From the IMG/VR virus record IMGVR_UViG_3300012943_000040, positions 1 to 51,960 of that record: a stretch of DNA of 51,960 nucleotides; one strand, written 5' to 3'. Numbering within the stretch: the first letter of the stretch is position 1; every line of letters begins with the position of its first letter. Both the position numbers and the translations under genes were made by a program. The notes beneath the pieces were generated by a model. That model had not been told where the DNA came from and did not search any database. It saw only the letters and a list, made by a program, of their open reading frames with translations. This stretch comes from a virus. Its lineage: Duplodnaviria; Caudoviricetes. This document shows positions 9,665 to 17,499 of the stretch, one piece after another.

Positions 9665-9913
9665 CTACCCGAATGGTACGCGGTATGCTTTCCGCAGTGG
9701 TCGCTGTATTGCGTCGTATGCGTGCATTCCCTGCTCGAGCAATTCCGCCGCCACTTCGTGGGTCATTGTGACCACCACTTCTTGCTCATCTTCGGTCACG
9801 AATGTGAACTCGATGGCGTGTATTGTGCCGGCGTAATGAGCATATACTGCCCGGGCGCTACTCGCAGTTGTCGCGTTGATTGTCGCAATCCGTGCGGGCT
9901 TCTTTCGTGCCAT
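9665..9913 (-). CDS. hypothetical protein
   Basis: strong SD AAAGGAGG; upstream GCATGA-TATGAT -10 box. Confidence 0.7.
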   Translation of the reverse strand: MARKKPARIATINATTASSARAVYAHYAGTIHAIEFTFVTEDEQEVVVTMTHEVAAELLEQGMHAYDAIQRPLRKAYRVPFG

Positions 9914-10051
9914 TGCATTCCTCCTTTGTGTAGCATCGATATATCGATCATATCATGCATTGGCGCGCTGGAGAAGTCCGTGCAAACACCGAGAATGACG
10001 GAGTTCAAACACCGCCTTGACGGGAATATATGGCTTTGGTAGCATTGGTAT

Positions 10052-10354
10052 ATGACGAACATGACGCGGGCAGAGTACCGCCAGAACCAAGAATTCCGGG
10101 GCGAACGAGCGGAAGACGAAATTCCGTTCGGGAGTCACTACGCCAACGCATTGGCGTTCATCGTTGACACTCTCGCGGACGACGACGAATTGCCAGTACA
10201 GAACACCAGCGACTTCGAGAATGCCCTCGACCCCGACACCATTATGGAGTTCGCGGAGATGTACAACTTTACCATTCCGGCATTCCGCCAGGCAATGGAG
10301 GCATTCCAGCGGGCGGTGATCACGGAAACGACGAACCCGCACTGGCAAGGGTGA
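10052..10354 (+). CDS. acidic hypothetical protein, leaderless
   Basis: TTGACG(10017)-17-TAGCAT(10040)-6-ATGACGAAC. Confidence 0.7.
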   Translation: MTNMTRAEYRQNQEFRGERAEDEIPFGSHYANALAFIVDTLADDDELPVQNTSDFENALDPDTIMEFAEMYNFTIPAFRQAMEAFQRAVITETTNPHWQG

Positions 10355-10403
10355 TGCTCTGAGGCGGTCCCTGCGGCCGTCTGAGGGCGTAAAATTGTGA
10401 GGG

Positions 10404-10417
10404 GATAGCTAGCTATC
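10404..10417. repeat. palindrome GATAGCTAGCTATC copy 3
   Basis: exact 14-bp palindrome. Confidence 0.95.
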
Positions 10418-10477
10418 TTGGCGACGCCCGACGGGCTCACACACGACCTAGCGCCCCCTGGCGGGGGCGGGTCGGGT

Positions 10478-10879
10478 TCAAGTGTCGTGTGATGGGAAGT
10501 AAGCGCGGATCGTCGCGCATTCGGGGTCGTCGTCGTCGAAGCATGCGGCGTAGTCGCAGTGATGCATGGGGCAGAGCGAGTTGTCGAGGCGGAGCATCGA
10601 GAGAAAGTGGATCGAGAAGCGATCGGCGCGGAGCGCGTCGAGGTGGGCAGCGATGTCGAGCATCAGCGCCTCGGGGTCGAGGTCATCAATGTCGTAGTTG
10701 TCGCGGTAGTAATCGAGTTCGAAGGTGGTTTCGTCGATGCAGTCATCGTCGTCGAGCATGAGCATGTCGCGGAGCATGGCGTCGGCGATGTCGTGCGCGT
10801 CGTCGTCGCGGAGCGAGTCGGTCGAGCAGTCGGGCGTGTGCGTGATGAGCGCCAGAAGCGCGGTGCGGTGGTTCGTCAT
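10478..10879 (-). CDS. very acidic hypothetical protein with C-terminal Cys/His cluster, leaderless
   Basis: minus strand TTGCGA-18-TATGAT-6-ATGACGAAC; Asp-rich; CPMHHCDYAAC. Confidence 0.7.
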   Translation of the reverse strand: MTNHRTALLALITHTPDCSTDSLRDDDAHDIADAMLRDMLMLDDDDCIDETTFELDYYRDNYDIDDLDPEALMLDIAAHLDALRADRFSIHFLSMLRLDNSLCPMHHCDYAACFDDDDPECATIRAYFPSHDT

Positions 10880-11016
10880 AAGACGATCATACCATGCGCG
10901 CGAGCGGGGTCGCAAGGCGATAGAGCGATCTTGCCCTTATTGAGAACCATTATCAATTAGGCGATGTTGGCGATCATGCCTTGCGGTGGTCGACGGGGGC
11001 ATGGTAAGATCGTCAT

Positions 11017-11211
11017 ATGACGAACAACAACCCCACCACCCGCCCCGCCATCATCGTGACCGCTGACATGGTCGACGCGCTCGAAGCTGACTTCCGCGCA
11101 CAGATCGAGCAGTCGCACATCGATGCCGCCATCGCTCGCAAGAGCGACCAGCTCTCATCCGCCCTCGGGCTCGACGCTGCTGCCGCATGGTCGACCCGCC
11201 GCTTCCGCTAA
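11017..11211 (+). CDS. hypothetical protein, leaderless (paralog of 12961-13131)
   Basis: TTGCGG(10981)-18-TAAGAT(11005)-6-ATGACGAAC. Confidence 0.7.
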   Translation: MTNNNPTTRPAIIVTADMVDALEADFRAQIEQSHIDAAIARKSDQLSSALGLDAAAAWSTRRFR

Positions 11212-11222
11212 GGGGAATCGAC

Positions 11223-11423
11223 ATGAACACCAACCCGCTCCACACCACGCCCATGCTCGAGGGGGCGACCCTCGGGCAGCGACTCGAAGCGCGCGAACTC
11301 GGCGCCACCGACCGCGCCGCAGGGCGCGCCCAGCGCGATTCCCACTCCCTCATGCTCATGCTCGGGGTCGACTCGCGCACGACATACGGGCTGTACGCCG
11401 CCGCATATCAGGGGAGGGGGTGA
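11223..11423 (+). CDS. hypothetical protein
   Basis: SD AAGGGG directly after previous stop; high GC3. Confidence 0.6.
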   Translation: MNTNPLHTTPMLEGATLGQRLEARELGATDRAAGRAQRDSHSLMLMLGVDSRTTYGLYAAAYQGRG

Positions 11424-11493
11424 CACTAAGTTGCTGGGGGCAACTTATCAAACTGCCTTGACAAGCACTGCCCCCAGCCCTTAGTATCTAAAT

Positions 11494-11628
11494 ATGACGA
11501 ACAACACCAACCGCCTCACCGCCTCCGACATCGCGCGCATCGCCGCCGCGATCCGCACTCCGAACTTCGACCCCGCGACGAAGTCGGCTGCCCGCCGCAC
11601 CACCCGCACCCGCAAGAACATCCGCTGA
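11494..11628 (+). CDS. 44-aa basic protein, leaderless (not in ORF track)
   Basis: TTGACA(11458)-18-TAGTAT(11482)-6-ATGACGAAC; MTNNTNRLTASDIARIAAAIRTPNFDPATKSAARRTTRTRKNIR. Confidence 0.65.
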   Translation: MTNNTNRLTASDIARIAAAIRTPNFDPATKSAARRTTRTRKNIR

Positions 11629-11640
11629 GAGGAAACGACG

Positions 11641-11853
11641 ATGACCATCGAACAGCTGCCCTGGACCCCGCCGAAGGTCGCCCCCACCTACCCGTCCGAG
11701 GGCGAGGTGATCCGCCACCTCGTCGAGGACGAGGGATATACCGCGACCGAAGCCACCGACATGATCAACTCGATCTACGCCGAGTGGGGCGCACAGATCC
11801 TCCTCACCTTCGACCAGTGGGAGATTGAAATCATGCGGCAGGTGAACCGCTGA
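11641..11853 (+). CDS. hypothetical protein
   Basis: SD GAGGA; TGATG coupling to next gene. Confidence 0.65.
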   Translation: MTIEQLPWTPPKVAPTYPSEGEVIRHLVEDEGYTATEATDMINSIYAEWGAQILLTFDQWEIEIMRQVNR

Positions 11854-12086
11854 TGGACTCCCTCGAGAACCTCGACACCGACCGCACCTGGATCGCCCCG
11901 CGTCAGCGGTTGACCATCCACTGGACGAGGATCTGGGCCGCGCTCGCAGTCGGCGCCCTCCTCGGAGTGCTCGCCTGCTGGGCGGTGGTCATTGCCACCG
12001 ACGAGCCCGACCCGCGCGACTGCCCTGAGACCGTGACCGTCGAGTACGACGACGCCGGCCACTCCTACTGGTTCTGCGACGGGTAG
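11853..12086 (+). CDS. small membrane protein
   Basis: hydrophobic stretch IWAALAVGALLGVLACWAVVIA; followed by hairpin ~12097-12141. Confidence 0.6.
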   Translation: MDSLENLDTDRTWIAPRQRLTIHWTRIWAALAVGALLGVLACWAVVIATDEPDPRDCPETVTVEYDDAGHSYWFCDG

Positions 12087-12168
12087 GCTCTAGACCGCCA
12101 GGCCCCCTCCAGTTCGTCATATCTGGGAGGGGGCGCTGGTGAGCGTAGGAAGCGGCAGGAGTTGCCCA

Positions 12169-12182
12169 GATAGCTAGCTATC
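12169..12182. repeat. palindrome GATAGCTAGCTATC copy 4
   Basis: exact 14-bp palindrome. Confidence 0.95.
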
Positions 12183-12288
12183 CACGTCAACGCTGGGGCG
12201 CCACGGACGCTTCTGTCACGCGAGCTTCCCTCGAGCAATGTTTGACGAGACCTTGGGTCCAGCGCTCGCGGCATGGTAAGATGTAAGC

Positions 12289-12582
12289 ATGACGAACTAC
12301 TACGACGAGGATCTCGAGCTCGAGGCGTCAGCCCGCTCGCGGTCAATCACGATGACATGCGATGTCTGCGGTTTCACTGCCGTCGATGACGCGCCTCTGA
12401 TGGCGAACCACTCATGCGAAGTCCAGCTCGGCGGGGGACGGTGCGAGGACTACCCTTGCTGCGGTCACGAAGCCGGCGACTGCAACGGCCTCCGCTATGG
12501 GTCCGACGAGAAGATCAAGTCGATGGTCTACGAAGCGATCCGCAACGGATGGGACATCGACGAGATGATGGGAGACTACTGA
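12289..12582 (+). CDS. Cys-rich hypothetical protein, leaderless
   Basis: GCATGG-TAAGAT(12277)-6-ATGACGAAC; CDVC and CEDYPCCGH motifs. Confidence 0.7.
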   Translation: MTNYYDEDLELEASARSRSITMTCDVCGFTAVDDAPLMANHSCEVQLGGGRCEDYPCCGHEAGDCNGLRYGSDEKIKSMVYEAIRNGWDIDEMMGDY

Positions 12583-12791
12583 TGGCTACTGCAACAATCA
12601 ACATCGACCAGGTGCTCGAGCCGGGGGACCAGTTCATGGATTTCCGGGGTGATGTCTGGATCTTCCGCTCGGTGACCCGACTGCCGAGGTTCGGACGCTC
12701 AGGGAAGGTCTCGGTCATCGACCTTCGAGATGGATCCCGCCGCGACTTCTACGACTCGGTCTTCCCGGGGTTGGTGATCACCGAGGACTGA
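12582..12791 (+). CDS. hypothetical protein
   Basis: TGATG coupling; followed by GNRA-capped hairpin GAGGCTCGGGCTCC-GCGA-GGAGCTCGGGCTTC. Confidence 0.65.
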   Translation: MATATINIDQVLEPGDQFMDFRGDVWIFRSVTRLPRFGRSGKVSVIDLRDGSRRDFYDSVFPGLVITED

Positions 12792-12860
12792 GACTCGAGG
12801 CTCGGGCTCCGCGAGGAGCTCGGGCTTCAGAGCGTTCCTGAGGCGTTGGTGTGGAGGGCA

Positions 12861-12874
12861 GATAGCTAGCTATC
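12861..12874. repeat. palindrome GATAGCTAGCTATC copy 5
   Basis: exact 14-bp palindrome. Confidence 0.95.
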
Positions 12875-12960
12875 TCCTCGCTCGCCACCGGCTCAAACAG
12901 CCTCAAAAAAAGTTCGCCAGAGCCTAGGGACTAGCGGGCCCGCCTTGGTATGATTGTCTT

Positions 12961-13131
12961 ATGACGAACACGACCCGCCCCATCATCACCGCCGACATGG
13001 TTGCCGAGCTCGAGGCCAAGTTCCTCGCCGACATCGAGCAGAGCAAGACCGACGCTGCCATCGCCCGCCAGTCCGACCGCCTCGCGCTCGCACTCGGCCA
13101 GGACCCCGCCCGCCGCTGGGCCAACCGCTAA
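12961..13131 (+). CDS. 56-aa hypothetical protein, leaderless (paralog of 11017-11211; not in ORF track)
   Basis: TGG-TATGAT(12949)-6-ATGACGAAC; MTNTTRPIITADMVAELEAKFLADIEQSKTDAAIARQSDRLALALGQDPARRWANR. Confidence 0.75.
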   Translation: MTNTTRPIITADMVAELEAKFLADIEQSKTDAAIARQSDRLALALGQDPARRWANR

Positions 13132-13143
13132 GGAGAAGGAATC

Positions 13144-13371
13144 ATGACCACCAACACCCCGACCACGAAGTCCGCCCGCCAGGTCTTCGATGACATGATC
13201 GACCGCCTTGGCATCGAGGCCGCCCGACTCAAGCTCGCTCTGCAGGACCCCGAGCTGGTCGACTACAACGAGCTCAACGAACTCCGCGAGCAGTACCTCA
13301 CCGTTGAGGGCAAGATCTGGGGTCTCAACTTTGCCTCCAACGAGATGCTCGCCCGAGAGGAGGGGTTCTGA
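13144..13371 (+). CDS. hypothetical protein
   Basis: SD AAGGAG/AAGGA; coupled to next ORF. Confidence 0.65.
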   Translation: MTTNTPTTKSARQVFDDMIDRLGIEAARLKLALQDPELVDYNELNELREQYLTVEGKIWGLNFASNEMLAREEGF

Positions 13372-13541
13372 TGGGAACTCGCGACCACCGCAACTGGACC
13401 AAGGGCTACCAGGAGGCTCTGGTCGACATCGCTGACAAGATCAACGAAGGTGGGATGGAGGCTGCCATTGAGTGGATCCGCGACAATGGCGATGCCGCCA
13501 CCCGGCAGCATGCCGAAGACCTGATGCTCTGGGTCGACTGA
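13371..13541 (+). CDS. 56-aa hypothetical protein (not in ORF track)
   Basis: TGATG coupling, SD GGAGG; MGTRDHRNWTKGYQEALVDIADK... Confidence 0.6.
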   Translation: MGTRDHRNWTKGYQEALVDIADKINEGGMEAAIEWIRDNGDAATRQHAEDLMLWVD

Positions 13542-13579
13542 CCTATGGACATCGACCTCGAGTATGGTAGGATCTAAGC

Positions 13580-13882
13580 ATGACGAACCACACGCTCTGC
13601 ACCCACCCTGCCACCAAAGCGGGCCGCGCCAAGTGCCGCCGCGAGAACATCGCCCCGGCCACAGCCGCGCTCGCGGAAGCCAAGAAGTTCTGGACCATGG
13701 GGTACCGCCACTCGATCCAGACCCACCGCAACCCGGCGATGGACTACCTCGACTACTGGGACAGCAAGTACACCGGGCACGAGTTCTACAACGACTTCCT
13801 CGACGGCTGGACCTTTGCCGCCAGCGATGACCCGGAGTACGACTTCGGTCCCACCAACCCGCGCTATAGGGAGGTGATATGA
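13580..13882 (+). CDS. hypothetical protein, leaderless
   Basis: ATGG-TAGGAT(13568)-6-ATGACGAAC; HTLCTHPATKAGRAKCRR. Confidence 0.7.
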   Translation: MTNHTLCTHPATKAGRAKCRRENIAPATAALAEAKKFWTMGYRHSIQTHRNPAMDYLDYWDSKYTGHEFYNDFLDGWTFAASDDPEYDFGPTNPRYREVI

Positions 13883-14109
13883 TGAGTGCCATGACCAAGA
13901 CGCGAATCCCTTGGAGGGAGCAGGTCCTTCTATCCATGGAGGAGTCCGCCCTCAAGAAGGCGGCCCGCAAGCACCGCCCGGCCACGATCCGACTGACTAA
14001 GATCCACCACATGATCTGGTTCCGAGACCGGGGATGGGTAGTGGAGTCCCACACCCCACGGTCGTACGCAACAGGCGACGAGTGGATGATGTCCAAGAGG
14101 CTGTCCTAG
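13879..14109 (+). CDS. hypothetical protein
   Basis: ATGA overlap; SD GGAGG. Confidence 0.55.
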   Translation: MMSAMTKTRIPWREQVLLSMEESALKKAARKHRPATIRLTKIHHMIWFRDRGWVVESHTPRSYATGDEWMMSKRLS

Positions 14110-14127
14110 AACCGGCTCTGCAGGAGC

Positions 14128-14430
14128 TCTTATAGGGGGAGTCCTTACAGGGGGAGTCCTTACAGGGGCATCTATAGGGGGGCCAGGGATAGGGGGGTAT
14201 GGGTATAGGGGTGCCTGCACAGTTGCTCCTATAGGGGTATCCCTGCAGTATCCCTCCTCCTGATGATCCTTCCTTCTTCAATGATCCTCCTTCCTTCCCT
14301 CCTTGCATCTTCCTTGCATGATGATCCGATCAAGAATCTTCCCGCATGATGATCCCTCCTCCCTCCATCTTGCTTCCTCTCTTCTTTCCGAATCGATCGA
14401 TCCTCTTCCCTCCCAGTCTCCTCCTTGTTG
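14128..14430. repeat. G-run repeats (TAyAGGGG-like, ~7 copies, partly 15-bp periodic) followed by a pyrimidine tract with ATGATCC repeats
   Basis: read directly, e.g. GGGGGAGTCCTTACA twice in tandem. Confidence 0.75.
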
Positions 14431-14680
14431 GTGTCTCGACCGTCCTCGCTGCTTTAGTGTCCTGCGCCTAAAGTGGTCTCAACCCCCCCGGTGTCTATAG
14501 TGGTCTCAGTCCGCCGGGGTGATCTCCACCGTTCTACGTGCTGACTCTAGCGACTTTTCCCAAATTCCCCTACCACGTCCATCAAAAGCCTGTCCGAGTA
14601 GTTGAAGCATGCCTACCACTGCATAAACTCCAAGCAATCCCGCTATTGACAACTCAAACCATAGTCGATAGCATTGCTAC

Positions 14681-15001
14681 ATGACAAATCCGACAAGCGC
14701 TCATGCGCAGCTAGATCAGGTGACGAAGGAGTACCTCGACGCAACCTTCGAGATGCACGCCGTCACCAACGGTCTCACCGTCTCTCGCCTCTATGAACTC
14801 GCAGAGCGCACCGAACATCTCTCCGAAAGTGAACTCGAGACCAACTTCAGTGAGGTATGGTCAGAGTTCAAGGAGATTCTCGGCGACGAACATCCCATCG
14901 TCTTCCTGATGAGGCTCAATGCCCTGGATCACCGGTATTCTCGAGCGCGACAGCGATACTGCGAGATTCGCAAGCTGATGACTGATCTGGGAGCGCTGTA
15001 A
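14681..15001 (+). CDS. hypothetical protein, leaderless
   Basis: TTGACA(14646)-17-TAGCAT(14669)-6-ATGACAAAT. Confidence 0.7.
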   Translation: MTNPTSAHAQLDQVTKEYLDATFEMHAVTNGLTVSRLYELAERTEHLSESELETNFSEVWSEFKEILGDEHPIVFLMRLNALDHRYSRARQRYCEIRKLMTDLGAL

Positions 15002-15300
15002 TGGGCCTCTACCCGAGAACTGACTTCTCGATGAACGACCAGGGCCAACTGGTGCAGACATTTGACGACTTCTCTGGCGCCGTCAGGACGATTATCTACG
15101 TGCCGATCGTGGAGTTCGTGACCCGCACAGATTGCTTCTGCTGCAGCTGTGGCGACCCCGAGGGCTCGGATCCTGCCTGCAGGAACCACGGGTTCGCGGC
15201 CAAGCGACCATGCGAGGAGCACGGCATGCCTGGCTCGGTGTGGGATGATGATGACACAATGCCTGACAGCGTACAGAAGGAGAGGGCGAGGCATGGATAG
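15001..15300 (+). CDS. Cys-rich hypothetical protein
   Basis: TAATG coupling; CFCCSC...CRNHG...CEEHG. Confidence 0.6.
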   Translation: MGLYPRTDFSMNDQGQLVQTFDDFSGAVRTIIYVPIVEFVTRTDCFCCSCGDPEGSDPACRNHGFAAKRPCEEHGMPGSVWDDDDTMPDSVQKERARHG

Positions 15301-15601
15301 CACAATTAACGCCGATGCGGCGGTCGGGTCGCAAGAAACTGCTGACCGGATTGTCGAACTGCTGGAGCAGGCTGATGACCGGTTTGGTCGGTTCCGTCAT
15401 GCTCAGCATGAGACTCAGAACTCGTATCACGACGATGCGGTCGAGCACATTCTGGAGGCGATGTATATGCACACCGCCGCGCAGACGCTTATGATCGCGG
15501 AAATCGGCAAGGTGCTGGCAATGACGCTTGGGTCGGGCAAGGACCTGGGCATATTGCTGGACAGGATCCACTACGATACTCGGCGATTCACCAGGGGATG
15601 A
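15293..15601 (+). CDS. hypothetical protein
   Basis: overlapping start ATG 15293. Confidence 0.55.
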   Translation: MDSTINADAAVGSQETADRIVELLEQADDRFGRFRHAQHETQNSYHDDAVEHILEAMYMHTAAQTLMIAEIGKVLAMTLGSGKDLGILLDRIHYDTRRFTRG

Positions 15602-15605
15602 TGAC

Positions 15606-15935
15606 ATGAGAACGCTAGTCGAGGAAATTGCTCATTTCTGGTCTGAGTGGACTGATGACGGGGCGCCGCTTCGTGAGCGCGGTATCTATCGCCTCGCGGC
15701 AGAGGACTTCGTTAAGAAGTTCGATGTCAAGGAGCGAGTTGCATCGCCACCGCCCGAAGTTACGCAGGCTGATGTTGATGGATTACGCGCCCGAATCGAC
15801 GTGGCGTTGAGACTCTTCGAGGAATGCGATGTGGCGGGGTTCAAGTTCACCAAGCGTCCCGTCACCCTCAAACTCGCCGCCCTGCTCTGTGAGGCTCGCG
15901 CCGCACTCCCCGAACCGGTGAGCGATGAGTCATAA
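15606..15935 (+). CDS. hypothetical protein
   Basis: fills operon; overlaps next start. Confidence 0.55.
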   Translation: MRTLVEEIAHFWSEWTDDGAPLRERGIYRLAAEDFVKKFDVKERVASPPPEVTQADVDGLRARIDVALRLFEECDVAGFKFTKRPVTLKLAALLCEARAALPEPVSDES

Positions 15936-16227
15936 GCGAAAGATCATGTCACGACTCCAAGACAAGTTGCAACCTGGCGATATCGTGGGTATATCGCTGC
16001 CGGTGATTAGTCGACAGACGGGGTTGCAGACAGGCACTGTGATCGCTACTCGCGGGCAGGTTGTGAAGGTCTATCGTGAGGGTAGTCGCGGCAACTGGCG
16101 GGCGAAGGTGTACCCTGAGGATCCGGTGAAGTGGTTCAACCATACGGGGCACACTGACTGGCAGTATGTTCACATGCTGACGCTAATCTCGAGAGTCGAT
16201 AAACCTCCTCGCCGGCGGTATCCATGA
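15925..16227 (+). CDS. hypothetical protein
   Basis: coupled ORF. Confidence 0.55.
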   Translation: MSHKRKIMSRLQDKLQPGDIVGISLPVISRQTGLQTGTVIATRGQVVKVYREGSRGNWRAKVYPEDPVKWFNHTGHTDWQYVHMLTLISRVDKPPRRRYP

Positions 16228-16373
16228 GGTGTCTATTTTGCCCTGCTAGAGTATTAATATGGGTTTGTGAGGATGGTGACCATGGGCTGTGCTTTTTATG
16301 CATGTGCTACTTCCAGCAGGTTATCGCCTTACCTAGCGAACATCATGTGTTTTACAACATGCGGCCCCTATAG
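16224..16373 (+). CDS. 49-aa Cys-rich hypothetical protein (not in ORF track)
   Basis: ATGA overlap; CLFC...CFLC; low GC with three TTA codons. Confidence 0.35.
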   Translation: MRCLFCPARVLIWVCEDGDHGLCFLCMCYFQQVIALPSEHHVFYNMRPL

Positions 16374-16391
16374 GATTGCCTGAGAGGACTT

Positions 16392-16595
16392 ATGATTAAT
16401 GCAGCGCTACGCATAAGGTGCATCAGTGAGGAGTCGCTAGGAGCGATCCTGGAGCTGCTGGAGACAGAAAGTAATTGCGTGCATATCGATCAATGGAGGA
16501 CGAATGAAGCGCCGAGATTCGGTACCAAAGCTCCCATCATCTACGGGGCCGATATTCCTAGGAGCAATCGACACCGGGCCAGTGCCGGCGACTGA
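16392..16595 (+). CDS. hypothetical protein
   Basis: SD GAGGA. Confidence 0.45.
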   Translation: MINAALRIRCISEESLGAILELLETESNCVHIDQWRTNEAPRFGTKAPIIYGADIPRSNRHRASAGD

Positions 16596-16617
16596 ACACG
16601 TGGGGTCGATATCTCTT

Positions 16618-16764
16618 ATGCCTGAGGGGGTGGCTGAACCGCAGTATTTAATACGGCGAAACCGGGTGAGATGCACCTGGTGTGGAGCGACAAGGAAAAC
16701 TCGAGCTAAGTACATTGCTCACTTTGAGAGGAGACATAATGGAACCGACGATAATGGTCTGTAA
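16618..16764 (+). CDS. small C2H2-like zinc finger protein
   Basis: CTWC...HFERRH; start uncertain. Confidence 0.45.
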   Translation: MPEGVAEPQYLIRRNRVRCTWCGATRKTRAKYIAHFERRHNGTDDNGL

Positions 16765-16948
16765 CATCTGTAAGAAGGTAATTCAGGAGGAGGCGGTTGC
16801 TAAGGGCGATCCGGATCTCCCACACCGCCAACAGCCGTTCATGGCACCGTACGACGAGATCGGGGTGGCGATCATGCAGCAGCATCTCGTGAGCGATCAC
16901 AAAGACAGCCTGTCGCCTAATCAGCTGGAGTCCTTGACAGGTAGCTAA
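16739..16948 (+). CDS. small C2H2-like zinc finger protein
   Basis: SD GAGGAG; CNIC...HLVSDH. Confidence 0.55.
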   Translation: MEPTIMVCNICKKVIQEEAVAKGDPDLPHRQQPFMAPYDEIGVAIMQQHLVSDHKDSLSPNQLESLTGS

Positions 16949-16969
16949 GTAGTCTTATAGCATCGATAT

Positions 16970-17320
16970 ATGCCCCGCCGGGGCGCTAAGGAGAAACACA
17001 TGGGTAAGCAGACTGAGAAGGCTGCAGTGGTCATGCCGAACGACAAGCGGAAGGCGGCCAACGCTGCTCGTATCGCTCGGATGACGGCGCGGAAGGACCG
17101 GAACCGTCAGGCGAACGAGACTCGGTATCTCGACAACAAGAACCGGGTGTATGACCTGGGGCTGGTGCCGGAGCGCAAGGAGAAGTCGGTCACGAAGTGG
17201 GTCAAGAAAAAGGGCAAGATGGTCGCTCAGACCAAGACGCGCGAGTACAACGAGCGCCCGAGCAAGACGCTACGGCGGTACAAGCGTCGGGGCATGATCC
17301 AGAAGCGGGTTGAGGCATGA
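16970..17320 (+). CDS. highly basic hypothetical protein
   Basis: TTGACA(16934)-18-TAGCAT(16958)-6-ATG; alternative SD-led start at 17000; K/R-rich. Confidence 0.65.
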   Translation: MPRRGAKEKHMGKQTEKAAVVMPNDKRKAANAARIARMTARKDRNRQANETRYLDNKNRVYDLGLVPERKEKSVTKWVKKKGKMVAQTKTREYNERPSKTLRRYKRRGMIQKRVEA

Positions 17321-17499
17321 GCAACCGACAGGCACGACGCGCACGCAAGCAGGCGGTCCAGAACGGCGACAAGGATCAGCAGTGGTACAAGGACCCGAAG
17401 CGACCGACGGGCACGTACACCAGCAAGCAGGACAAGCAGAAGCTGCGGGCGGCGGTGCGTAAGTTGCTCCGCGGCGAGACGGTGCCTAGCGATGACTGA
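17317..17499 (+). CDS. small basic hypothetical protein
   Basis: ATGA overlap. Confidence 0.6.
   Translation: MSNRQARRARKQAVQNGDKDQQWYKDPKRPTGTYTSKQDKQKLRAAVRKLLRGETVPSDD

Noticed and set aside
8875-12874. CRISPR-like array from the repeated 14-bp palindrome
   Set aside because: Repeat too short, spacing 0.7-1.8 kb and irregular, intervals contain genes, no cas genes
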